Of a stretch of 37,326 nt of DNA, positions 23,335-33,574 are shown piece by piece. Position numbers and translations under genes: made by a program. Within the stretch, counting starts at the first letter, position 1, and each line of letters opens with the position of its first letter. The notes beneath the pieces are model-generated. The model had not been told where the DNA came from. It did no database searches and saw only the letters and a list, made by a program, of their open reading frames with translations. The stretch comes from Octopus bimaculoides (Eukaryota), in assembly GCF_001194135.2 (NCBI RefSeq), contig NC_069006.1, positions 22,059,185 to 22,096,510 of the forward strand, in the 5' to 3' direction.

Positions 23335-23340
<6 letters not shown>

Positions 23341-23570
23341 GCATATACGAGTACAGGACATCACTAATGGTGCAAATAACATGAAATACATAAACGAGTT
23401 ACATACGTAAACAATAAGAAAAAAATGGAAAACAGGACAAGTAAGCACAGAGAAAGGACCCTTCATCAGTTGTCAGCTGTCTATCTACTCATTTCGAGCA
23501 TTCAACGACAATATGAGTCTTCAAAGACAGTTGCTCCCATGAATTCTAAAATAAAATTTAGGATTTATGG
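23335..23570. mobile_element. Probable fragment of another interspersed repeat (possibly Penelope-like end)
   Basis: Non-microsatellite, CpG-retaining block with CTGATGAAGGG on the minus strand; no second copy in the window, so the assignment is inference only. Confidence 0.3.
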
Positions 23571-23596
23571 AGGGTCAAAGTTAGGAGTAAAAACAT

Positions 23597-23667
23597 GACA
23601 GTGGGCCTGAAACCAAAACCATGTGGTTGGGAAGCAAACTTCTTACCACACAGTCACACCTATGCTC
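23597..23667 (-). mobile_element. SINE family A, head only
   Basis: CAGTGGGCCTGAAACC...CCATGTGGTTGGGAAGCAAACTTCTTACCACACAG. Confidence 0.8.
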
Positions 23668-23684
23668 TTAAATTTTTTTAAGAT

Positions 23685-23745
23685 AGTAGAATTTGATTTG
23701 AGGGTAGCTTGTCTGCAATTTCTAGCCAAGCAAGTGGCCATACAG
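23685..23745 (+). mobile_element. Repeat family F, 3' part
   Basis: GATTTGAGGGTAGCTTGTCTGCAATTTCTAGCCAAG. Confidence 0.5.
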
Positions 23746-24064
23746 ATGATCTTTTATTCATTTGTCAAATGATTGTGAGCAGTATTGTATTTTATAACTG
23801 GAGCGATTCCTGCATAACCATGGATTTAACAGTTCCTTTATATTTCTTCTGTTCTTTGTTTAATTATCGTTACTCTTCAGTTCTAACATTGTATTAAGTA
23901 GAAATGTCTTGATGTACATAAACAAAGAAAAATGCGTACATTTCTCCATTCTGTCATTTCTTATATAATTTGTCAGTTATTAACATTAAAATTTGTTTGT
24001 TAAATGCAATAGATCTTGTCTATAATTTAAAACAATTTTCAGCTGCCAATCACGTGCTTAATAT

Positions 24065-24095
<31 letters not shown>

Positions 24096-24262
24096 CGTGC
24101 CATGTGTTTTTGTATATGTGTATGTGTGTGAATAAATATATATGTATTTGTGCATGTATATAATTCTTTATTATTTAAATAAGAGTCTCAATCCCACTCG
24201 GTACCTCGAGAATCTCACCATCAGAGTGAGTCTACCTGCATTCTTCAGCTGCATGAACTAAA

Positions 24263-24425
24263 CAAGGCATAAACTCACAGAAGTTTGCTTTCTAACCACA
24301 TGACTTTAGATTTAGTCCCACTGTGTGGCACATTGGGCAAGTGTTTGCTATTATAGACTTGGGATGATCAAAGCCTTGTGAGTGAATTGGGTAGACGGAA
24401 ACTTAAAGAAGCTCATCTGCTATGT
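24263..24425 (+). mobile_element. SINE family A, 5' half
   Basis: AGAAGTTTGCTTTCTAACCACATG...TAGTCCCACTGTGTGGCACATTGGGCAAGTG...GGAAACTTAAAGAAGC. Confidence 0.82.
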
Positions 24426-24825
24426 ATGTACATTCTCTTTCTCTTTTCAATTTAGAATAGATTTTAATATCTGGCCAGTTGTATTTTAACATGGTGGCTG
24501 TTTCAATCTTTAAGTTCCACCAATATCCTTTTGGGCCATCAGTCTTAAACTGGTCAACTTCATCTGGAGGTGTGTTATTTTGTTATTCAGTTTTATTTTA
24601 CGATTTCTTGCCAATACAGAAAGAACCGATTTCTAACCTAGATCCAAGGCTTCCTTCATTGAAATTTCAACATCAACAACTGAGTATTTTTGCATGCATG
24701 TTTGTATGTATATGTGTAGATTTGTAGGTTTTGTTTTATGTATGTCTTCTCATGCATATAGTTGCATATCTAGACATGCTCATATGTACTTAAATGATAA
24801 ACTTTTGGAAAGTTTTACAGATTTG

Positions 24826-24880
24826 TACGCCCCAGCATGGCCACAGTTTAATGACTGAAACAAGTAAAAGATAAAACATA
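24826..24880 (+). mobile_element. SINE family A, isolated 3' tail
   Basis: GCCCCAGCATGGCCACAGTTTAATGACTGAAACAAGTAAAAGA. Confidence 0.8.
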
Positions 24881-25002
24881 AAAAAATATGAAAGTAGTGA
24901 TATCTGTGGAGAGGAGAGTTTATCATACTATCTGCTATGTCTAAAATGTTAAGGAAAATGAAGTACAACTAAGATTTGAACTGAGAATGCAAAGAGACAT
25001 AA

Positions 25003-25220
25003 GAAAAGCGGATAGAATCATTAGCATGCAGGTCAAAATACTTAGAAGCATTTCTTCTAGTTCTTTGCATTCTGAGTTCAAATCTCACCAAGGTAAACTT
25101 GGCCTTTTCTCTTTCCAGGGTTGATAAAATAAAGTACCAGTTACATAGTGGGGATGAACACAAACATCTTGCCTTCCCTTCCCTCAAATTTGTGATCTCA
25201 TGTCTCTATTGGAAATAACA
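25003..25220 (+). mobile_element. SINE family B, near full length
   Basis: GAATCATTAGCATG head, B box GTTCAAATC (25076-25084), central CCAGGGTTGATAAAATAAAGTACCAG. Confidence 0.78.
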
Positions 25221-26819
25221 TATAACTCTATATTTATGTATGAAGTAATGATTGGATATTTCAAAAAAAAAAAAATCTGTTGCCAAGTTAATGATAATTT
25301 GATCATTGAACAGGTGGTCTTGAATAACGTATCATGGACTACATAATTTATCTTATCCAGTAGATTGTTCGGTGTCGCATGAATGGCTATTGAGGTCACT
25401 TGTTGCACAGAAACCAGAGCAGCAGGATGCAATTATTCTTATCCTAGTTCACAACTGCCAAGAAACGATTTTTTTTTACTGTTTTTCCTTTTAAGGCCAC
25501 ACATGTAACACACACAATGCTACATACCATATGAACATGTCATTATTTTCCCAATTCATTGTTGTTAAATGGCTGTTTGTTATAAGAAAGCCTGATCAGA
25601 TGGTAAAAATGTTTGCTAAGCAAACATGAGGTGTTGAGTTTAAGATTTAACCCTTTAGCATTTAGGTTTAAATATGTTCTAGAGTAGTAGAACCTATCAT
25701 ATTAAGGCTTGCCTACCTATACATGTGAAGAGTGGATATGGTGGATGCTGTGAAAGAAACTCTCATGGTACAACAGGTGGTTGCAGTTGCACAATGCAAA
25801 GTGCAGAGAGCAACATGAGGCAAGAAGACAACCTGGTCATCCACTACATCTGCTTCTATTCACAGTCGACCTGGTCTGGTTTTGCTACTGGATTGAAGAC
25901 AGTCACAGATGAGAAAATGAGGTTGATGGTGCACAACTGGTTTTCTTTCAAGTTAACAGTCATTCTTAATGCTGACTAAATTGTCTTTATTGCTCTGACA
26001 GATGGGCATGAATACAAAGACATCCCAATCTTGTCTCTCACACACAATGTCATGTGAAGGCAGCACAAGTATTATGCTATGACTACAAACTTAAGTTAAA
26101 TAAATTGAACTAAAAATAAAGATTAGGTATTGTTAGTTTCAAAATTAAAAATTATTAACTTATAAACATTAATGGACGTGATAACTTGTATAAACAAATG
26201 AGACAAGGTGGTGATAAGGTAGAGTATAGAATGTGTGTAAAATATCTAGGGATGCCTTCTGCATGAATTACAATCAGTGAAGTTGGGTCTAACATACTTA
26301 ATACTATATAGTCTGTTTGTTGTCCAAATTTTTTTCTTTTTGTATTTAAAGAGGAAATCAGGTGGAGGTGGTTGCAGAAGATAGAACAAACTAAGTTAGT
26401 GTAAGGTAATTGCACTGTCTCAACATTTATTTGTCATGGTTTGCAATTCACTTCACATTTTAAACCTAGTAGGGCGATTAATGTTGTGGCAGCCATGTTG
26501 GCGTGTTTGGAAGTCTTTTTTATGTTTTACATCACTTTAACAAGAGAGGGGAGGGTTCTGACAGTTTTTAATGGTATAGTATAGCAGTCAAAACTCATGT
26601 AGATAAGATGCAGACATATGAGACTAAAATTTGTGATAAAAATTTAGTCTTGTTCTGCTTTTTTGATTTTTCTGACATGAAATAAATAAAAGAGAAGTAC
26701 ATATTTAATATCCTCCTTGCACATGTCATACGATTATATACATGAGTGATATAGGACAATAAGCTACGGGTCAAATGAATATCATAAATGTCTGAACCAA
26801 AAGTAGGCAGCAGATGGAG

Positions 26820-26985
26820 GATGTACAGTAACATGGTTAAGAAATTTACTTTGGAACTGTGTGGTTAGGGGTTCAATCACACTAAATGCTGTTGACTGGT
26901 GTCCTATACTATAGCCACAGGTCAACCAATGGCTTATGCTTGTAAATGAAACTGGTAGATGTAAACTGAAGAAGCTTGTAGTGTA
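26820..26985 (+). mobile_element. SINE family A, 5' half, diverged
   Basis: GGTTAAGAAATTTACT...GGGGTTCAATCACAC...CTATAGCC...GGTAGATGTAAACTGAAGAAGCTTG then (CAGA)n/(CA)n. Confidence 0.7.
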
Positions 26986-27186
26986 TACAGACAGACAGAC
27001 AGACACACACACACACACACACACAATATGTATATTGCTTTATGTTGTGTGTAGTTTATATGTATACTTATGTATATATACATGCACTATATTTACCTCC
27101 CACTCCCCAATCCTGTACTCTTGGCCCTGTGCCATAGTATCATTGCTCTCCGCTTTCCCCCCGACCTGTGTGTTCTACCCACACAC

Positions 27187-27280
27187 CCTGGTGCAGGCTT
27201 CTGCCTGGCTAGCTCTTGTGAAACTGTCCCACACATGCTAGCATGGAAGGCAGACGTTAAACAATGACGATGATGATGAG
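27187..27280 (+). mobile_element. RTE LINE 3' tail (family D)
   Basis: CCTGGTGCAGGC...CATGCTAGCATGGAAGGCAGACGTTAAACAATGACGATGATG. Confidence 0.8.
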
Positions 27281-27465
27281 ACAAGCAATTGAGAAAGGAG
27301 TATTCAATACATGTTGAAGAAAATATTGTTCTTTATTGAGAGTTGGTTTCTTAACTTGGGAGTTTCTTGCCACTGGGATCTTTGTGTGGAACACCTGAAG
27401 ATCACATGAACATTGAGTCAAAACTCAAGAGATGAATTTGCAGTGTGAGTGTCTTTGTGCAGGTG

Positions 27466-27517
27466 CACACCAAATAGTTAATCCACACCAAATAGTTAAT
27501 CCACACCAAATAGTTAA
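27466..27517. repeat. 18-bp tandem repeat, about 3 copies
   Basis: CACACCAAATAGTTAATC twice plus a 16-bp third copy, all identical. Confidence 0.95.
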
Positions 27518-28046
27518 ACAGTAGAATCATGAAAATATTGATATTCTGTGATGACAACGTCAGTGGCTTTACTATTTTGAATGCAAGAATGAAAATAAGA
27601 AAATGAAATGGATGAAGGAGTGATGCCAAATGGTAGGATCTTTATGATGTGGAAGGAAATATTGTATAATTAAAGCTACTGTAACACCCAGAGCAAGAAT
27701 GTTGAGAGCAAAGTAAAACAAGGACAGTTGAATTAGTGCATGCACAAACAGTGCGGGGGTTGAAAAGGAACTGGAAAGTTGTTAGCAACAATGTCGAAAA
27801 CAATGAAGAAATAAGGTGGGGGAGGGCAAGGTTGAGAACAGCTTTGCAAGAATGATGTGAGCAATAAACAGTATAAAAATAATTTGTAGGAGAAAAAAGA
27901 AAAACAAATTAATTTAAAGAATTGAATTATTAAGCTGTAAGCTACAAAAATGCACAGAGACTGGAGAAAGAATAATAGGAGAGGAGTGGCCAAACATATT
28001 AAAACATCAGACCAAATATTTATTACTTAAGAAAATATCTTTTATT

Positions 28047-28355
28047 CAGGTATGGCTGTATGGTTAAGAAGCTTGTTTTGCAACCATGTGGTTTCAGGTT
28101 CAGTCCCACAGTACAGCACCTTGGGCAAGTGTCTTGTATCGTTGTCCAATACCTTGTGAGTGAATTTGACACCCAGAAACTGCGTGGGAGCCCCCTGTAT
28201 AATGTGTGTTTGTGTGTGTGTGTCTTTGAGTTTGTTCTTTTCCACTACTTGACAACTGGTGTTGGTTTGCTTGCATCCCTGTAATGTAGCAATTTGGCAA
28301 AATAGACCAATATTATAAGTTCCAGACTTAAAACATAAGTGCTGGAGTTGATTTG
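28047..28355 (+). mobile_element. SINE family A, running into N gap 28356-28444
   Basis: ATGGCTGTATGGTTAAGAAGC...GGTTCAGTCCCACAG...CACCTTGGGCAAGTGTCTT...CTTGACAACTGGTGTTGG. Confidence 0.85.
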
Positions 28356-28622
28356 NNNNNNNNNNNNNNNNNNNNNNNNNNNNNNNNNNNNNNNNNNNNN
28401 NNNNNNNNNNNNNNNNNNNNNNNNNNNNNNNNNNNNNNNNNNNNACACACACTTTCCCTCTCTCACTGTCTCTTTCTTTCTATGTGTGCAAGTATATTTC
28501 ACTTCGTGTGTATGAGGAAAGGGAAAATGTTTATGTCAATCATATTCACTCAATAGATTGTAATATTTCTCTGTGTGTGTATGTTTGTGTGTGTGTGTGT
28601 GTTTTTTTTTTTGTTTCCACAG

Positions 28623-28752
28623 GCTGACTGAATATTCAGCTGTGCCAAATTGTCATTGTTCAAACAGTGGTGCAAGTGTAACTATATATTGAGAAAACTG
28701 GTCAGAAGTGCTTTCAACAAAGTGAACACCACTAAAGGCACCAAAATATCAG
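28623..28752 (+). other. Candidate 130-nt spliced exon, apparently non-coding (5' UTR or lncRNA)
   Basis: Acceptor T11-GTTTCCACAG and perfect donor CAG|GTAAGT; stops in all three frames; no ATG. Confidence 0.45.
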
Positions 28753-29169
28753 GTAAGTGATGTTAAACTGAGTGGTGTGTTAAGGCTTACCACTCAAAAA
28801 GGGAGAACTTAACAGTTACTATAAGAATGAACTCTCATGCTCACGTTGTTTCTTGGCAGTTTAACAATACGTAGAACTGGTGTGTCATGGCTCACATGTA
28901 TGTTGCAATAGGTAGCAAGGTACTCCACAAAAATAATGAAAATTATTCAAATTATGTAATAGAAGCAGTTCCGTAGTAAACACTTTATCAATATAACAAT
29001 GTATGTGTATAGCTGAAGAGTCATAAGCTACAGTTTTCATCAGGGAAAAGTCCCTTTTTGTAGACATATTGTAATTAAAAAAAATATATATTTTTAAAAT
29101 GTGAAAGTACAGACAATAATAATAAAATATAAAATTTTGATAATTCTATTTCATATTGAATAAAGAAGT

Positions 29170-29277
29170 AATTAGTTAATTATTTATATTTATAAACTGA
29201 TATGTAAAGATCATTTTCCAACAGAGAGATACACACACATAAACACATATACATACAATATATATATGTACACACAC

Positions 29278-29326
<49 letters not shown>

Positions 29327-29342
29327 GCATATATATGTATAT

Positions 29343-29383
<41 letters not shown>

Positions 29384-29460
29384 TACATATATACATACAT
29401 GCACACACAACATACATATATATACCCACAAATGTGTGTGTGCGTATGTATATATAATTT
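29170..29460. repeat. Compound (TA)n/(CA)n low-complexity block
   Basis: Directly visible. Confidence 0.9.
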
Positions 29461-29503
29461 ATACACAAAGTGTGCCAATATAGTATTCACTCTAAAGTAT
29501 GCT

Positions 29504-29617
29504 AGAGGAACAAAACGTTAGATTTACTACAGAGGAACAAAACGTTAGATTTACTACAGAGGAACAAAACGTTAGATTTACTAGAGGAACAAAACATTAG
29601 ATTTACTACAGAGGAAC
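29504..29617. repeat. 27-bp minisatellite, 4.3 copies
   Basis: AGAGGAACAAAACGTTAGATTTACTAC; unit 3 lacks the last AC, unit 4 has one G>A change. Confidence 0.95.
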
Positions 29618-30494
29618 ACTCTCGCTGCCTCCTGTCAAAATAGTTAGTAGGAATAAGAATCATTTATTATTCTTATTTTACATTCACTGAAAAATAATTG
29701 ATTAAATTGGAATCTTTTTAATTTCTAATTAAAAAGAAATGTAAGCCTACATGAACAAAAATGAACATAAAATCTAAACATATCAATAGTTTATGAGTGT
29801 TATCTCTTCACCACATTACTGTCTAATTGTAAACCACAATTATGTATGCACACTCATAGTCTCTATAAGTAACTGCTCTTAAATGTTTGTAATTTCAATG
29901 TAATTTTGCATTTACTTAGAAATTCCACAGAAAACAATAGTTGTAGAATTTAAACTTTTGTTACAATATATGGTAAACTTTCAATAAAACAATCTTTCTT
30001 TCTCCAAACATTTCCATTCCTATTATACTGTATTGAATAATGAGTAATTTGTTTTGTTAATTTAGAATTTTGTCTTTTTACCTCATTTATAATTTAAAAC
30101 TTTCAAATATATTGATTGATACATGATTTGTATTATTCATATTAAATATGTACTTTTAGACAAATTCGTCTAAAACTTCAGTGACATTATCAAGGAAAAA
30201 TAACAAAAAAAAAAAAACCAAAAAAAAAACCAGAATTCACAAACTATCATTTTGGTATGTGAATTAGTGAAGACAGAAGTAAATTACCAAAATTATGTGT
30301 ATCACTTTGCAACTTATCATCATTATCACCACCACCCATCATCATCATCGTCATTATGAAAGGATATCATTATTATGATAAAAGAACTGATAATGATGAC
30401 GATGATGATGATCATAGTCATCATCACTGTCATTGTAGAGTTTTGGCAGAATTTTCAAAAATGTCAGACAAGCCTATTGGTATTTGTTCTAGCT

Positions 30495-30645
30495 TTTAAC
30501 TTCCAGTGTTCAAACCCCCATCAAGATCAACTTCGGCTTACCATTCTTCTAAAATCTAGTTAATCACTGGCAGGATCAATATAACTGACAGTAACCTCCC
30601 CACCCCAAGATTTATGACCTTGTGCTTATGTCAGAAACTGTTATA
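30495..30645 (+). mobile_element. SINE family B, strongly diverged
   Basis: GTGTTCAAACCCCATCAAGATCAACTT...CTCCCCACCCCAAGATTTATGACCTTGTGC. Confidence 0.55.
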
Positions 30646-30728
30646 ATTATCAAGAGAAATGGTAGGTGCCTACAGCAGCTGTTATGGCTTCTCTTTTGGT
30701 TAGTAGGCCTATTTCATTTCCCTCTTAC

Positions 30729-30932
30729 CACCCTGTTTATCACCATCATCCATTTGGTCATTGGATGCCTTGAACTCAGTTTGATTTCCATGTCTTTGTT
30801 TTGTTGATGCCTTATTCTGAAGAGAAACAAATTTAGTGTAGTGGGAGGCACCTTTTCTGGATCTACAAGAAGAGATGATGTAATTCAAAGACAAGATGTC
30901 TGGCACAAATTCTTGCAACAAAGTAGGATCCA
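30729..30932 (-). other. Candidate 204-nt symmetric (phase 1/1) coding exon, product unrecognised
   Basis: Minus strand branch-like CCTGAC, CTCTTAG acceptor, 68 open codons (DPTLLQEFVPDILSLNY...QMDDGDKQG), donor GTG|GTAAGA. No homologue recognised. Confidence 0.25.
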
Positions 30933-31387
30933 CTAAGAGCACCCAAAGGTCAGGTGATGGTACTAAACTAAGTCACATTAAACAAATTTAAATTCAAATT
31001 CTTTAAATGGAAGGAATAAATTTCACAAATTTCTTACAAATTTCACCTACAATGCCTCAGTTTGTATATACTTATATACTTGCTAACACCAATCATGTGC
31101 ATCACTGGAGCAACAAGGCTTTCTAGTCATCCTTACAGATAACTGATGACTTGTAAGGATGACATGAAACTCCTGAACCAGAGAGCCACAACCAGATTAA
31201 AAATAACAGAGTCATTAAATGTAACACACACACACACACACACATATATATATCAACACTCAACAAATCCCTGCAAACCATTGGCCTGGGTTGATCCTTT
31301 ATTCAGAGACCTTAAAAAGATTAAAATAATGCTATGTGCATTCTCGGTTCAAGTTCCTAAAATAATAAAGTAACCTTTTCTTGTAGG

Positions 31388-31570
31388 GGAGAGAGAGAGA
31401 GAGAGACAAAGAGAGGGGAGAGAGGGAGACAGAAATAAAGAGAAAGAGAGAGAGAGAGAGAACGCAAGACAGAAGGAAAGAAAGAAAGATAGGAGAGAAA
31501 GAGAGACAAAAACGAAAAGAATGTGGAAGGAAAGAAAGAAAGAAATGAAAAGAGGGATAGATAGAAAGAC
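31388..31570. repeat. Purine-rich (GA)n/(GAAA)n low-complexity tract
   Basis: Directly visible. Confidence 0.9.
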
Positions 31571-31694
31571 AGGTAGTAATGGAAAGCAAATTCAAAACAG
31601 CTTATGTTCTAACTGAGCAGGAAAATCCAAGGACATAAAATGTTCAATTGATAATGATGATGATGATGATGATAATGACTTTCACTTTCTTTTA

Positions 31695-31770
31695 AAGACA
31701 GCAGAATGTAATTTGAAGAAGATTTGGCTACTATTTCTAGCACTTCAAGCATCAACATAGATGCCTTCAT
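31695..31770 (+). mobile_element. Repeat family F, 3' part
   Basis: GTAATTTGAAGAAGATTTGGCTACTATTTCTAGCAC. Confidence 0.7.
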
Positions 31771-31982
31771 GGTTAGCTTGTTTCCTTTAGATATTTTTAT
31801 GTAGACACACAATGGTAATTATGTTCCTTTAATAAATATCTGTTGTGTCACTTTGCAATTAATAATGAACAACATTCTATAACTGTTTTCATCATCAGTG
31901 TTACTTTGGAAAATACATAAAATTTGTATATAAAAATATAAATGTAACATATTCAGGAAATTATATTCTTTGTATAATGTAG

Positions 31983-32161
31983 TTGTTTAGCCCCAGGTTA
32001 GTCCTACTCGAGCAGACCTATTATTAAAATGGATTTGAGTTGTCTGTTTCTGTACCTAAAAATCTACACTAGCTAAAGTGGTCCTTTCTTAAAGATAGAA
32101 GGGTGGGATTTGAAAGAGATTTGTTTGCTATTTCTAGGTTAAGTAATCAAGTAATCACACA
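31983..32161 (+). mobile_element. Repeat family F, longer copy leading into the 24-bp array
   Basis: TTTAGCCCCAGGTTAGTCC...GGGATTTGAAAGAGATTTGTTTGCTATTTCTAGG. Confidence 0.7.
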
Positions 32162-32551
32162 GAGTCTCCTTTGTTGCTCATGTTGAGGTTCCCTCATTGA
32201 CTCATATTGAGGATCCCTTGTTGGATCAAGCTGAGTTCCCCTATTGACTCATATTGATGCTCCCACACTGATTCAGGTTGAGGTTCCCTCACTGACTCAT
32301 GTTGGACGTCTATAGTTAGCTTTTGTTGAGTTTCCCTCAATTGCTCATGCTGAGTTGGCTCATGTTGATTCTCCTTCATTGGATCATTTTGAGCCTCCTT
32401 CATTGGCTTATGCTGAGGCTCCCTTGTCAACTCATGCTGAGTCTTCCCATCGATTCATTTTAAGTCTCTTCACTGATTCATATCAAGGTACCTTCACTGA
32501 CTCATTTTGAGACTCCTTTGTTGGCTTATGTCAGAACTCCATAGTTGGCTC
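32162..32551 (+). repeat. Diverged 24-bp minisatellite, 17 units (consensus about GAGGCTCCCTCATTGGCTCATGTT)
   Basis: Units of 23-24 bp (one 15 bp, last partial) segmented by eye; followed by A-rich sequence. Confidence 0.9.
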
Positions 32552-32877
32552 AAAAAAATTAAATATCAAAAAAAAAAAAATGGACTTAAAAGAGTAATAA
32601 AATGATGATATATTCATCCATTCTGTAAGCAGAGATCATGTGGCTCTTATAATATACAATGCGTGTGGTCTGTGTATTTTTAGTGAGTATTGCATCTGAT
32701 TTGCTAACTACAAATTTATTGTAATTTACATTAGCTTTTCATTCACATGTTTATTGGTGAAAGCAGAAAAAGAAATCAAAATTTGAAAAAAAAAAAAAAA
32801 AAAAAATGGAAATAAAAAGTTTTTTAAAAAATTGTAAAAACCAATCATTGACTCTCAACCCTTAAATTTCTAATCAG

Positions 32878-32927
32878 AAGCTGAAATCCTTGTGAAAACT
32901 TAAAGGTGAAATAGAACTAAAGAAACG
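32878..32927 (+). other. Candidate 50-nt non-coding exon
   Basis: TTGAC branch-like site, TTTCTAATCAG acceptor, ACG|GTAAGC donor; stops in all frames, no ATG. Confidence 0.2.
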
Positions 32928-33574
32928 GTAAGCTAACAAAAGAAAAAGAAAATGAAGTTTCAATATATTTGGAAGATTTGTTTTCTTAGAAGAGAGATTT
33001 TTTTTATTGCCTTTCTATAAAAGTTTGATTCTCACTTGATAAATTCATCACAGACTCCAATCTGATAATGTATTTTCCATCATGATTTTCCCTCTAGCAT
33101 AATTGATTATTACAGCAAGATAAACCGCTGTATAGATTTTTTCATTCTAACAACAGATGTAGGGGATTGAGAAAACAGCAGAAATATACTAAAATCAAGA
33201 AATGTTGGAACACCATAGAATGAGCATTCCTACTGTTCTTAAATTATATTACCAAAATTAAACTTGAAAAAGTCACATTAAAAGTTTGTAGCAATAATTT
33301 GTCTTTAATTGTTTGTAGTTGTAAATTGTGGAATAAACAAGTTCAACAAATGATGTCTTTTAATCTTTTCAAAGCTGAAAATCTATAAATTCTCTTCATA
33401 ATTTTTTTTTTCCAAAATTAAAATGATAGGAAATATTTTTAATTGGATTGTTTTTTTAATCAAAGCTTGATCCTTCAGACAGAAAAGGAAGAAAAAAGTA
33501 ATTGAGGAATATATTTTTATACAAATAATTAGAATCACATAACAGACTTTTAGACTTTATAATTACTCAGAGTT

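Noticed and set aside
23450-23500. Permuted hammerhead on the minus strand (CGAAA...CTGATGAAGGG)
   Set aside because: Core words are present but stems I and III do not close convincingly.
25647-25670. piggyBac-like terminus TTAA-CCCTTTAG
   Set aside because: Too short, and no partner end was found.
25720-25980. Cys/Gly-containing ORF 25725-25979 or RTE C-terminal relic
   Set aside because: No convincing motif in any frame and weak splice sites; left unassigned.
27349-27387. 39-nt minus-strand exon candidate (GVPHKDPSGKKLP or VFHTKIPVARNSQ)
   Set aside because: Non-consensus donor (GTTAAG) and no other support.
31140-31220. Hammerhead ribozyme or C/D snoRNA from CTGATGA...GAAAC...GTC
   Set aside because: A stem III can be drawn, but stems I and II do not pair. 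The C box lacks the leading purine and the CTGA is too close for a snoRNA.
32162-32551. CRISPR array or 8-aa repeat protein (ORF 32194-32430 minus)
   Set aside because: Units are contiguous with no unique spacers, there are no cas genes and the DNA is eukaryotic. The 23-bp units shift the frame and both strands contain stops.
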